DNA of 55,513 nt from Octopus sinensis (lineage: Eukaryota). Shown piece by piece: positions 25,624 through 39,357 of the stretch. How positions within the stretch are numbered: position 1 is the first letter of the stretch; each line of letters starts with the position of its first letter. The translations under genes and the position numbers were made by a program. The stretch is taken from positions 1-55,513 of the forward strand of contig NW_021833721.1 of NCBI RefSeq assembly GCF_006345805.1, given 5' to 3'. The notes beneath the pieces were generated by a model. It was not told the DNA's origin. It did not search any database and saw only the letters and a program-made list of their open reading frames with translations.

Positions 25624-25964
25624 TGCAATAAGGAATATCTCATTAAATGAACTCTGTTTCACACGGACTTTATATCCCATATTGCTAGTGTTATATATAT
25701 ATACATTTAGAAATATTACTATTTCTAAATCTCTCAATGAGAGACTTTCAGTAACAGTTCTATAAAGTAAAGACTATTTACCAACATAATGTAGCTGTCC
25801 TGGAAGAGGCGATGTTACTGTGGTTTTAGCCCCAAGAAACATCGTTTCTAGCTGGCTATACTACACAATATCTGTGTCCTTATATTTTCGCCCCTTCCAA
25901 GACAGACACATTATGTTGGCAAATAGCCTTTATTTTATATGCATATATATATATATATATATAT

Positions 25965-26023
<59 letters not shown>

Positions 26024-26024
26024 C

Positions 26025-26557
26025 AATTTGATTCGTTCTCAGTCGAAAGACATCTGTTGTTATTTTCTTGTTTATATTCGGAATTGCGTACCATGTTCTC
26101 CATTTTTCGTCTTTTTGTGTACCATGTTCTTCGGTTTTGTCTTTTGTGCCGTACACATTCGCTAGCTTTCTTACAAAGGGGTCTAATGCTCTTAGTTTAG
26201 ACTGTTGGGTGGGGAGGGCAACCAGATCGAACCGTCTCAAGTGTAACTGCCCGAAACGGTCGTGACTTCTGGGACTTGACTGAGGAAAGAAGGCCACGAA
26301 TGATTCGTCTTTTTATGCCTGTCCTTTTAATTGTTGTTTCTCCTTTCCACCCTTGTATCGTCTATCTGTCCGAATGTTTTATTGTACTCTATCGCGTTTT
26401 TGTTCCATTTTTTTTATTTATATATACATATAGCAGCGTACACACTTGTGCTCACCTTATAGTAGGTATATATCTAAATTTTGTACGACTCTTACTCTAT
26501 CTTTTATTCTGCCCCCTTTCTTCCCTCTTACTTTTTCTCGCTCCCCCCTCTCTCTCT

Positions 26558-26598
<41 letters not shown>

Positions 26599-27070
26599 AC
26601 ATTTCTTGGCCCTCGCTTTATTTAGCTCCCATTATTTCCCACTCGTTTATCTCCCCTGTACCTTTCTCTTTGTCTTAATTTTTTTCTAATCACTCAATCC
26701 CGCTGTCCCCTACCCATCTCTTCTCCTTCCACGTGACCAGAATCCGGCCAGCCGTGAATGTTCTTTCTTGGCCTGACTGCCGACCGTCAACCCCTCTTAT
26801 GTCCATCTCCTATGTTCCTGCCTTTAGGTTTTCACTTCATACACGCCAGCTCAATTTAATTCGTTCTCAGTCGAAAGACACATGTTATTTTCTTGTTGTT
26901 TGTTTCGTAATTACGTACTATGTTCTCCATTTTTCATCTTTTTGTGTACAATGTTTTCCGTTTTATTATTTTTTTTTTTTGCCTGTCCTTCTAATTGTTG
27001 TTTCTCTTGCCCGCCTTGTATCGTCTATCTGTTCGAATGTTTTATTGTACTCTATTGCGTTTTGGCTCCA

Positions 27071-27075
<5 letters not shown>
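26025..27075 (+). mobile_element. Two tandem P2 repeat copies (26025-26420 and 26850-27075) separated by a pyrimidine-rich spacer
   Basis: Both start caattt(g/a)attcgttctcagtcgaaagaca and share gtatcgtctatctgt.cgaatgttttattgtactctat.gcg; the second copy is internally deleted. Confidence 0.7.
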
Positions 27076-27106
<31 letters not shown>

Positions 27107-27210
27107 CAGAAAATGGAGAAAACTTCACATCAACAAACAGATCAATTGGACCACGTCTATAGCTTATTATTTAATACAAAACATGACATAACATTTATGT
27201 GACATAACAA

Positions 27211-27700
27211 TTCTTACGGCCGTTTCCGCTTCTTCATCTTCATGGGATATTCGAACTATATAGGCGCAGGAGTGGCTGTGTGGTAAGTAGCTTGTTTACC
27301 AACCACATGGTTCCGGGTTCAGTCCCACTGCATGGCACCTTGGGCAAGTGTCTTCTACTATAGCCTCGGGCTGACCAAAGCCTTGTGAGTGGATTTGGTA
27401 GACGGAAACTGAAAGAAGCCCGTCGTATATATGTATATATATATATATATATGTATATGCGTGTGTGTGTTTGTGTGTCTGTATTTGTACCCCCACCATT
27501 TCTTGACAACCGATGCTGGTGTGTTTATGTCCCCGTTACTTAGCGGTTCGGCAAAAGAGACCGATAGAATAAGTACTGGGCTTACAAAAGAATAAGTCCC
27601 GGGTCGAGTTGCTCAATTAAAGGCGGTGCTCCAGCATGGCCGCAGTCAAATAACTGAAACAAGTAAAAGAGTAAAAAGAGTATGGAGCTTCATCAGAGTA
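27211..27700 (-). ncRNA. Hammerhead-like motif split by a SINE A insertion
   Basis: Minus strand: tact CTGATGA a GCT cc...[SINE]...AGC g GAA ACGGCCGT A agaa. Confidence 0.45.
27263..27680 (+). mobile_element. SINE family A
   Basis: Full-length copy. Confidence 0.9.
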
Positions 27701-28426
27701 CAAAAACATCCACGATAATCAAAAGGAAGAGGGAATAGGAAAGAAAACATGGCCTTATGAAGAAGTCGGGAGGCCTAATATATTCAAATCATACAATCTT
27801 CCATCATAGGGCTTCGAATTCCGTAGGCGAAAGAGTGATCTAGCAATGATCTAGGGAAAAAAACTTCGAGCTATTTCCATAAAAAGAGGAAACAAAGATG
27901 TTTTAAAAGTTGGGAAAAGAAGTTAGCATAAAAATAATACGAGAAAATTACTATAAAAAGAACATTACCTATATTAACGTAAACATCTCTAGCTGATATT
28001 TATCCAAAACAAAACCGTAGGCTTCATATGATACTGTACTAACAGAAATATTACAGAGAACACCATCTGTTATCCGCAATGGGATATGCTGAAGTCTAGC
28101 GATCTCTACAATTGGTCAATTATATTTTAATCAAGGGCAAAAGTTAAAACCGTTTCAATGGATATGTAAATAAAAAAGAAAAATAAGTAAATAAATAAAG
28201 GGTGCAGAGGAGAAGACTATGATATAAGTTGTACGAGGCCGCTTATGGCATTCTGCAGCTTCTCGACATAACATAAATAAGAATAAATAATGTGCCAGCA
28301 TACCCATCCCCAGAGATAACGCGGGTAACTGATACCGATAGTATATACGGATATCTTATCCCTTAGTCGGTTACTATATCCGCTAAATCAGCTTACCTAT
28401 ATATACATATATATATATAAACATAC

Positions 28427-28663
28427 CTATTTCTTTATTACCCACAAGGGGCTAAACATAGAGGGGACAAACAAGGACAGACATAGGTATTAAGTCGATT
28501 ACATCGACCCCAGTGCGTAACTGGTACTTAATTAATCGACCCCGAAAGGATGAAAGGCAAAGTCAACCACGGCGGAATTTGAACTCACAACGTAACGACA
28601 GGTGAAATACCGCTAAGCATTTCATCCGGCGTGCTAACGTTTCTGCCAGCTCGCCGCCTTCTT
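28427..28663 (-). mobile_element. SINE family B with 17-bp TSD
   Basis: tatatatataaacatac at 28410-28426 and 28664-28680. Confidence 0.9.
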
Positions 28664-30949
28664 TATATATATAAACATACACACACACACACACGTGTGT
28701 GTGTGTGTGTATACATATGTATATAAGATGTACATGGGGCAATACAGGTGAGACAGTATTGTGTGATATGTATTAATACTGAACTTGCATAGTCGCGTAT
28801 GATTAAGATTATTACACTAATATTAATCCAATATTCCCGTCTACACATTTCTTTCGCATAATGTCATATAAAACGAAACAAGACGAAAAACATCATTTGA
28901 AAATTCAGACATTCTCTTCACAACACACTCACAAACACACACACACTCACAAACACACACATACTCACATAGACACACACATACACGAACACACGCACAT
29001 ATACACATACTCCAACGTACAACAACTCTCCTTCTTCCTTCAGCCGACGCCAATAAAATCTCCACAAAACGAAAACAAAATATGGCTGACATATAAATTT
29101 ATCACTTATGACCGTTTCGACCATTGTTCTGCGATGTATGTTTGAAAATATCTCGACACGGTGATGTTATTCGATGTCACGTTTTGTTCGATGCCAATAA
29201 CAAACGATTCCTAATCATGAAACACTCTCACTGCAGTCATTTTTTATTGTAATTGTTGTATTGTTATTATTGCATTTCTGGTTGTGGGTTCTTTTTTTCT
29301 TTTAACCTCGTGTTAATAATTCATAGTCGGCCATTTTGATTGAAGATTTACTGTCATGTCAACTTCCATGTTTGTTTAATAGAAACGATCTTATCTGTTA
29401 ATGCACCAATGCATAAATAAGATTTGGGACAAAAACTTGTCAGTTGTTCCAGACGACACCTTCAAATAACTACGCTTTTATACTTAGAAAGATACTGTAT
29501 GGTGCGAAATATTTTTTATGTCTGTGATTCTAGAACAGTAGGCGTACGGTCGTTAGTTTCCGCATAGTGCCTCCTATGCAGCACTCCTCTCAAAGGAGTC
29601 CTTACACGCTAGAAATAACAGTCAAATCACCATCAAATAACACTTTACTGTTTTGGAGGGAGATATATGTACGTGTCTTCAACCATAGCACCTGGAGGAA
29701 TATAAATATAATTCGCAACATACACACACACTCACACATGGACACACTCACTGTCGACGATAAGTGTTCTGTAATTCACTCAAGTATACAACTTGTCCGT
29801 TAAATTTGCATGTAAAGTGGCCGAGATTCGTGTGCCCTTTGCGAAACTCGCAAGTAGAATCAGCATGACATACTGTGACATGGATGGACCTTTGAATTAC
29901 AACAGGAACAATCCACCCGCTGAGCCTCCAAATAGTTTCCTTCTAAGGTTCTCTCGCAAGGAACGGAAAGACCTGAAGCTATAATAAAAGACACTTGTCC
30001 AAGATGCCATATGTTGGAATCAAACGCGGAACCTTGACATTGCAAAGCGAAATTCTTAACAAATCATCTATACTGCGTATATAATTTCACGTACATATAC
30101 ATATACATGAAAATGTGTGTATATTAATCATATACAGCAGACTTGATAAATATTGATGTATATTTGGCTTTGCTGTGAAAATATAACCTTTGAATAAATC
30201 ACAAAATGTTCAGAAACTGAAAGTGTTTATTTGGTCGATATATGTTTTGTTTGTCTCAAAGCTCATCAGATTCGTTTACCTCACCTCTAAACCACATAAA
30301 GTAGAGAGAACAATTCACTTTTTACGAAATTTGAATAAATTAAGTACATCGCACAAAGTTGAGGGTCGGAATGTATCAAGTATTAACACAACGTTGATTT
30401 GAAGATATATATGACTCAGTCATGTAAAGTGACAATGGTTTCTCTACTTTTCTGAGGAGATTCGTTCTCCGTAATATCGATAATTGAGAAGGCAAGCGAT
30501 CCTGGTGAATATTGAGGAAGACGGAACGTATATCAGACGATTCTTTAGTCTTGGTTATCGAAAATTCTATGATTGTATAGTGAAACTAGATATATGTTGA
30601 CTGAGTATATTGTATATGATTTACATATATATATTTACATATAACAACGTTACGTTAGTATTTACATATATATTTTCTTTCATTGACTATTTCTCTTTCT
30701 CACTCCCTCTATGCCGCTCTCCTTCCGATAGAGAACTAACATCTGAGCTGTTTAGGCAATTTCTTTTTCAATTCAACCTTATTCGCTAAACTTTGTTCTT
30801 CCTACAGTTTTGTCTAATGTAGTTACACTATGTGTATGTGTATTTCTGTGTGCGTGTTTGTGTGTGTATGTTTGTATATGTATATCAATGTATGTGTGTA
30901 TATATATGTAAATATATATATATATATATATTGTATTATACTAGCAGAG

Positions 30950-31100
30950 ACATCCGGCGTTGCTCGGGAATTATATATTGGAAGAAAAAAGCAAAATATG
31001 TTGTATAGAAATTTGTTATTCTAAATTCAATTTATTCTTCAATTAAGAAACCAATTCTGAATTCATAATACAAACAACAACAACAACAATAATAATAATA

Positions 31101-31175
<75 letters not shown>

Positions 31176-31183
31176 TGATGATG

Positions 31184-31222
<39 letters not shown>

Positions 31223-31620
31223 TAATAATACATTTATTATTATTATTCTATGTTTGACTTTTGCTTTACATTTGTACGAGTTGGCTCCAAGTCTCACCCA
31301 GAGACCTCAAGAGACAACAAGTTAGAAGTTCATGTTTGTGTTATGCCTAGGATGCCATATATTTGGTCTTGTATTCAGTGTTGTATTAGTGAATGTTTAA
31401 GAAACCATAAGAAAATTATGTTTGTTTTAAAACTTGAGATTACATAGAAAGTATTTTGTGTAGGATATGGGCAGTTCCCATGAGCACTATCTTCTGAATT
31501 TCGGCCATTTTGGGGTTTCCTTGTATCTGAGCTAGGTAGCAATCAGCCCCTTTTGCTATCATTCCCAGGGCACCTATGACAACAGGTACTGTTTTAGCCG
31601 ACTAAAATATTTTTTTATAT
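30950..31620 (+). mobile_element. Possible non-autonomous Helitron-like element
   Basis: Start actagcagagacatccggcgttgctcggga resembles animal Helitron/HINE ends; the internal FVRVGSK echoes helicase motif VI. The right end is uncertain. Confidence 0.35.
31078..31226. repeat. (CAA)n-(AAT)n-(GAT)n compound microsatellite
   Basis: Direct. Confidence 0.95.
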
Positions 31621-31894
31621 GCATATGTCCGTGTGTGAGAGAGAGAAAGTTAGAGAGAGAGAGTACCATTTAGACATCACTCTCTCTCACACACACACAC
31701 ATACACACACACACATGCATACAAAAAAGATGTATGCATATGTATTTATGTTTGTACGTATAAATGGCAACAAACCCTTTTACTGATGCACTCACTCTCT
31801 CTCCCTCTCTCTCTCTCTCTCACACACACTCACACACACGTACATAATGTATACAAACGTACATACAAAAACATGTGTGCGTGTGTGACTGATT

Positions 31895-31925
<31 letters not shown>

Positions 31926-32360
31926 GAGAGAGAGAACATTGCAAACAATGAATGAAATAAGCATGAAATTTTAAAAAATTCGTATAAATAAAAGCTCGTT
32001 AAAAACTACATTGTACCGAATATTTAGATTTGTGAACTTAGATATTTCTTTCAGTAATTTATCGTAGTTGTTTGCAAATAGCGAATTAAAACTGGAAATG
32101 AAAACATTAAAATAGACTGTGAGGGATTTTGCAAATGAAAACTAAAAATTCTGCCGTCAATACCGGAAGTTGACGGTGAAAAACCTTTTTAAAGAAGTGA
32201 ATCATACATATAAAGCAATATTACTTATTTTCAATAAAAAATAAACTGAAGACCCTATTATGTATCCGAAGTTAAATTATTTAGGCATCCCAGTATGGAA
32301 GCAATTCGCGCAGTGAATACACACACACACACAGGTCTATTTTATATGAGAGATAGGTAT

Positions 32361-32813
<453 letters not shown>

Positions 32814-32897
32814 TATATGTATGTATGTATGTATGTATGTACGTATGTATGTATGTATGTATGTATGTATGTATGTATGTATGTATGTATGTATGTA

Positions 32898-33061
32898 TAA
32901 ATGTAAGGACAAGCAACTTAGGCAAGTCGATATAAACAAATATTAAATACATTTAATACAAAATATGTACATATGTATAAAATGTATTTAATATCTTTTG
33001 TGTTAAATGCATTTAATATTTTTATATATCGGCTTACCTAATTTGTTTGTCCTTACATTTA
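32898..33061. mobile_element. AT-rich fold-back element (~68-bp arms)
   Basis: 32898-32965 is the imperfect reverse complement of 32994-33061; TA ends. Confidence 0.75.
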
Positions 33062-33201
33062 CTTCTCTACCTGCTGAAGGTCAAATCTCTTGAGCACTAT
33101 ATATGCACATATATGTATATAAATACATTACATACATAAATATGTATATGTGCATGTATATATGCATGTGCATATATATATTTGTCTGTGTGTGTGTGTG
33201 T

Positions 33202-33267
<66 letters not shown>

Positions 33268-33682
33268 TTTCTATAACTAACGAGTGTTTCGTAAACTTTT
33301 AATGGTGATTTCGATTTTCGCCTCTCCCAGTGGCCCAAGGGCAGGAATCTATTTATTGTCTGATACACATCGCATTATCTTCGCATCATAAATTCTTACA
33401 TTTAAAAAACAAATTCTGAAATAGATATATTAGCAAATCATTAAATAAACAACGGGCATTTTATGTTCCTGTTTACTTTTGTGCATGTTACCTATTGTCT
33501 GTGAGCAATCGTGAGCAATCGAGAGATAAGAGAATGTTATGAATGCAACATAGCTCCGAGCGTTTGTAGTTGTTTTCAAAACCTTGATCATTAGGCTAAC
33601 AATCTGACGAACCGTTGATTTCCTGTTAATCCATTAGCAACTTCTGTAAAACGTGACAATAAGAAGGCTCCGTGTGTTCACG

Positions 33683-33760
33683 CCTCCTACTAGAAATAGC
33701 AGCAGAATCTCCTCGAAATGACATGCAGACACTACTGTCTTTAAAAAGTTTTGTATCCGG
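33683..33760 (+). repeat. Short interspersed repeat (ctagaaatagcagc...ctactgtcttaaaa)
   Basis: Related copies near 13860, 14240-14340, 22770, 29610 and 50920-50970. Confidence 0.55.
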
Positions 33761-36700
33761 GTGTGGTATATATGATTTAACGAAGCAAGGGAGAAAGAAT
33801 TTACACGACGCAATACGATTACTGTTACACGAGACTCAACGATCCCAATGGACAGCTCACAATGAACTGCCTGCCTCAATTGCTGGCAATTCTTCATGTT
33901 ATAACAATGTTTCAGTCCACTTTCAGTCACATGGGTGTGGTCGGAATACTTCCACAACAAAAAGGAAGGATACATCGGATAATGGAATTCTGGATATACT
34001 ATATATGGCAAACAAGGACAGTATAGTCTTGGCAGAGACGCCTTTGGCCATAGGTTTGTCCGACTGAGACTGACATGTGGTCAAACAACAACAACAACAA
34101 TAACAATAGCAACAGCAGCAGCAGCAGCAGTAGTGGCAGCAACTCCACACTGCATACCCTAATTTAATTTTTAATCGATTTGGATTTTGGAAATGTCTAT
34201 TAATGATAACTCTGAGCAAATATAACGAGAAATCGATGGCCAAAGCGGTGTTAGATATTATAACGAATGTCAGTTGCGGCAAATAGTTGTATATGTTTAA
34301 CATGAATCTTACCTACCAACCAAGCTATGCTGATGGTAGATGGGTAATGATAAGTACATTACTAATATCACCGTTAGACAGTCGTTAATGCAAACAGAGA
34401 GAGACAAACATCGTACGTATATCTAACAGCATTGTAAAACTTTCCCAATGGTGCCTTCTAGAATTGACATTATCATTAACACAAATGATTATTTTTCTTC
34501 ATCCCGAGCTAGTTTTAATCGATTCACATTTTTAGTGGCGATCACTCCGTTGGGTATGTTAATTTCTATTTATCTTTGCAGCTTTCGTGTTTAAGGCATC
34601 CCTAGGATATTTTCCTCTGTCAATGCTTTACATTGCCAAATTAATGAATGTTTCCCGCTCAAAATCTACATTGTTTGAATCATTCTAGAGTTTGCTAACT
34701 ACGTGTAACATTATGCTTTGTTGAAGAGGTATAAGACAGAATTATGATGTGAGTCATCGATTTACTGAAGATCTGACTCACTCACCATTGTATGACTCTA
34801 ACTTTTAATCAATGTTGACATCAGACTTATTTCCCTTGCTTTTCCAGACAAAAATTATCATTAGCGTTGATGATTTTTCTGTTCATTACGGGTGTGAATT
34901 AAGTAAATATTGTTTGGCTCGTTTTATAAAGTACACCACCCCAACCACTGTACATCTTGTTGTTGCTACAAATCACTGGGAACGTATAAGACCATGCATG
35001 ATTAACTTTTGGGCCAGAGTCCCTAAACCAGCTTTTACGCAGACATTCGGCCTACTAGAAATAGTAAATTAATTTTCTTTAAATCCCACAACGCCATCTT
35101 AAATAAAGAGGGATACATTACATAATGTTCTCCTTATTATACAGAAATCAGGATAGTCGCGGGTGAAAGGCCTTTGATCATAAGAATGATCAGTAAGATT
35201 TTGCAGCCATAGTAAAGCAAATTTACTCGTCCTTAAATACATCACTCGCAAACAAATCACACGCTTACGTACATACACCTTAATTTTTGTGTTCATTCGC
35301 CATGTTAGTTTATGTATTGAAAAATTATTTTCTCACAAACAAAATAACTTCCATTCCTATCTGTTAAATTGCCATATTTCTATACCCGGCTATCCATACA
35401 CAACCCCACGAGCTGGCAAATTAAACTTACCCAGCTCCCTTTTCTGACGGTCAAAAAATAGCTTTGTATTTTTAAACACTCACCCAGTCCGAACCACCTG
35501 CTCGCAACATACGATTGCAAAAACATTATTAAAGCTGCTTCGTAATAAATACTACATTAAACACATACTTTAAGATTGGTGGGTTAGCTAGGGGCTAAGC
35601 TGTCAACAAAAGAAACACCTCAGTGTAGTAATTTGAAGGATACAATATACTGTCAGTTATAGCCTGTGTATACTTTCATGATACAGACAGAAACACTTCT
35701 TGCAAATAAAGCAAAACAAACACAAAAAGCAATCCCACCACGCACACTTCACAGCCTTCTCAATCAAACTCATTCTCAATAACTAGAATCTCCATTTTTT
35801 AATCTTTCTCAGTCCGAAGGCGGTCCGAGCAACGTCGGAAAAAGTCCTCTGCGTTTCTTCTTCTAGCTCTTTACTTTCAGACTTCAAATCTCACCAACAC
35901 CAAACTTTGCATTTCATCCCTCCGGAGCGATAAACTAAAGTACTGGTCTAATACTGGTCGATAATATCACCTAATCCCCTCTCTCAAAATTTCTGATTTT
36001 CTACCAAAATCAGGAACCATTATTTTACAGTCCGAGGATTATGCCACCCACCCCTTCTCTGAGATGAATCTACTAATCGCAATGCTCCCTTTAATTTTCT
36101 GACGCCCGCAATGAAATGTTTACTTTTGAGAATAGGGAGTGAGATACTCCGAGTAGCGAATCACAGTGGCTAACTAACTCCTAAAGCTAAATGGATCTGA
36201 TTTGATCAATATTTGTGCAGGATTGCTGTGATCATATTGTTGTTTCCTTTGTTTTGCTTTTTATTTTGTTTTTTTGTTTTTCATAAATCATTACGATAGA
36301 AGACAATATAGTTTTGATCTTTCGACGAGAGCATTACATGCAATGTAACGGAAACTGTTTGATTCTGAATAACAATACTTCAAGAGCGTTGCCGGAATGA
36401 AAACCTTTAACTAGTAACAGAATGCTTTTAGTGAAACTAAGCAATGAAAAATCAGTGTAATTGTTTCTTGTGTACCAATAAATAATGGCTTTTTATTTAA
36501 GCAGAAAAATTAGCAAGTCGATACTATCGGCGCCCGTATCTGACCAATATTTTATTTTATCGACCCTGGGGAGATGAAAGGCAAAGGATTCAGAAAATTC
36601 AGAAAAAATGCCACGAAGCGTTTATTTCAATGACTCTGCCAATCCACCTCCTTTGTGCACTTTTAAATAATGCAACCAAAGAATTGCTGCAATGTTGCAT

Positions 36701-38887
36701 GACGGAATTAATAGTACAGCAGCAAGAGAGATAAAATAAATTGTGTGAAAGCTAGAAGAAGCAACGGTGTTATGGATCAGAAGAACGGGTATACATAAGC
36801 TTAGATATGTTAACGAAAATGGTATGCTTTTGATCAGCTTCTGTACAGCAAATAATGTCGTTATTAAAGGAAATATTTTCTTTAATCACAAAAATATTCA
36901 TAAATGTAATTGAGCATTTCCTGGTAAAAAAGAAAATACTGAAACAGAATAGATGATGATATCTCGATAAATCGGTAAATTAAAAATTGCTATAACTAGA
37001 TGTTAGAGCACATCAAGGTGCTGATATTAGAAGTGGCCTTTAGTCAGTAATAGAGAAAATTCAGTAAAAGAAGGAAGCGATAACCAGGTTTGAGTGGGAA
37101 AAGTTAAAGCATGATAGGATGATGGATTAAAGGATGAATTTAAAATTGGATGTCATAATCGATTTATAATGTTTGAAGTTATAGATGAAGTAGACATCAA
37201 TACCGAATGAAAGAATGTAATGGATGTATACTGGAAAGTAGCCAATGGTGTTCTGGACAGAAGAAAAAAAAAAGGAAATGGATTTCTAGGGAAATATGGG
37301 AATTATTGAGTCATGAAAGGAAGAAAATCGAATTGTTGCAAGATGAAGAAGGAATTTGATGGCCTTAAAGTTGAATAAGCAAAATATTGGGGTCTTAACA
37401 GAGAGATGAACGGTGTTCAAGAGTTAACAAAAAAAAGATACTTGGAAGTGAAAGCTGATGAAGCAGAAGAAAAATCGAAAAAGCTTGTAAAATAAGAAAC
37501 GAGACTACAGGTAAATATATATCCAAATGACTATATGTGTTTAGTATTGATGATCCAACATTTGATATAAGTTATAACCATCCAAAAAAGAACGTAAAGA
37601 ACATTTAAATGTCGTCGTGAACAAGATGTTTAACGAGAGGAATATTCTGATAATTCCTGAACTGCAACATCTGCAATTAGTTGAACATGAAATAAGTGTT
37701 GAAGAAATAACAAGTCATTGAGCAATTAAAGATCTTTTGGATTGGCTGGGTGTAAGAGGGGCGTTATAAACGGAGAAGCACGTGGCTAAAAGAGTATTTT
37801 GTAATATATGGAATATTAGACACACCTGAAGATTAAAAGCTCTTGATTGTGTCTCTGATACCATAACAGGCCAGTCAGAGAGTGTGACTATTGGAGGGAC
37901 ATAATAACTGCAAGCAGTACAGTATTGAAGTCGCTCAGAGTTTGGTCTTCTTGAAAAGAGTAAACGTTGCTTTGGACAGCCTACAAAGGGATGAACAAGC
38001 AGGCTTCCGGCGATCGCCAATTTATATTTTGCTCAAGGTTATTGTTGAACAATATCGCGTCAGACAGCTTTTAGTAATGGCTTTTGTAGAGTGGAAAAGG
38101 GTTTTGATTGTGTTTATAGGATTTAAATTTGGAAGGTATCGATTTACTGTGGTTTGCCAGAAAAGCATTCCGATTTCATGTAACACAACGTGGAAGTAAA
38201 TGTGGCAGAAGCGGGCGGAACCTACTCTCAAAGGAATTTGTGATGAATGCAGTACTGCAGAGAAGCAATAGAATAACTCCTTGCAGTACTCTATTCGTAA
38301 ATTTCATCGTAAAGACGTCGATCGATAATGGAATAGAAGCAATTTAACGGATTTTTGTAAAGTATTTGACGGATTTGGATTTTGCTGATAATATTGTTTG
38401 GTTTAGTAATGAAACATCAAAATTACAAAGATTGACAGACAAGCTGATGAAAGATACAAACGTCCAGGTAAATAAAAACATCAATAAACTTGAAATTATG
38501 GAGGCCGAGCAAACAGGTAGAAGAATTGTGCCATTGAATGGGTATTAATGGGATAGCTAAAGTCTAAATATTCTGCAATTATTATATGAATTGATGTATC
38601 TTAAGAAATTGCATTTAATGAAAGATTTAAACAGATACATCAAGTGTTGAAATTATTTGAAATGTGTAGGAATCTCATAGCTAGGCGATTCATGTGGAAA
38701 TTAAACTGAACTTGTCACTCGTAAGATGTGCTGGATATATGGAAAAGAGTGACGTCATAACAATGAAATTGGAGATAATCATGTAAGAGTCTTTGGAAGC
38801 AAAGTTTTACGAGGAATCTTAGAGATCAAATGGCATGATTTTGTGAGAACCATTTTGGTTCGAGACATTCTATAGATGAAGAAATAA

Positions 38888-39357
38888 TAGTTTCTAATAT
38901 AGGTACAAGACCAACCGTTCAGAGAGAAAGGGGTAAGTCGATACATAATCGATCTCAGTATTTGACTGATACTTTATTTTATCGATCCCGAAAGAAAGAA
39001 AGGCTAAGTTTACTTCAGCAAGATTTGAAATCGGAACCTAAAGAGCCAGAACAAGCATCGCATATTTTCTCCGACGCTCAGACGATTCTGCCAATCCACT
39101 ACCTATTTCTTTACTACCCACAAGGGGCTTAAACACAGAGACGACTAACAAGTACAGACAAACGGATTAAGTCGGTTATATCGACCCCAGTGCGTAACTG
39201 GTCCTTGATTTATCGACCCCGAAAGGATGAAAGGTAAAGTCGACCTCGCCGGAATTTGAACTTAGAACGTAGCGGCAAACGAAATACCGCTAAGCATTTC
39301 GCCCGACGTGCTAACGATTCTGCCAGCTCGCCGCCCTCCGCCAATCCACTACCTTCA
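38888..39357 (-). mobile_element. Older SINE B copy with 17-bp TSD, itself interrupted
   Basis: tatagatgaagaaataa at 38871-38887 and 39358-39374. Confidence 0.8.
39105..39339 (-). mobile_element. Younger SINE B nested in the older copy, 15-bp TSD
   Basis: gccaatccactacct at 39090-39104 and 39340-39354. Confidence 0.9.

Noticed and set aside
33672-34067. 131-aa non-repetitive ORF
   Set aside because: Its start overlaps a multi-copy short repeat, an in-frame stop lies just upstream, and no domain is recognisable.
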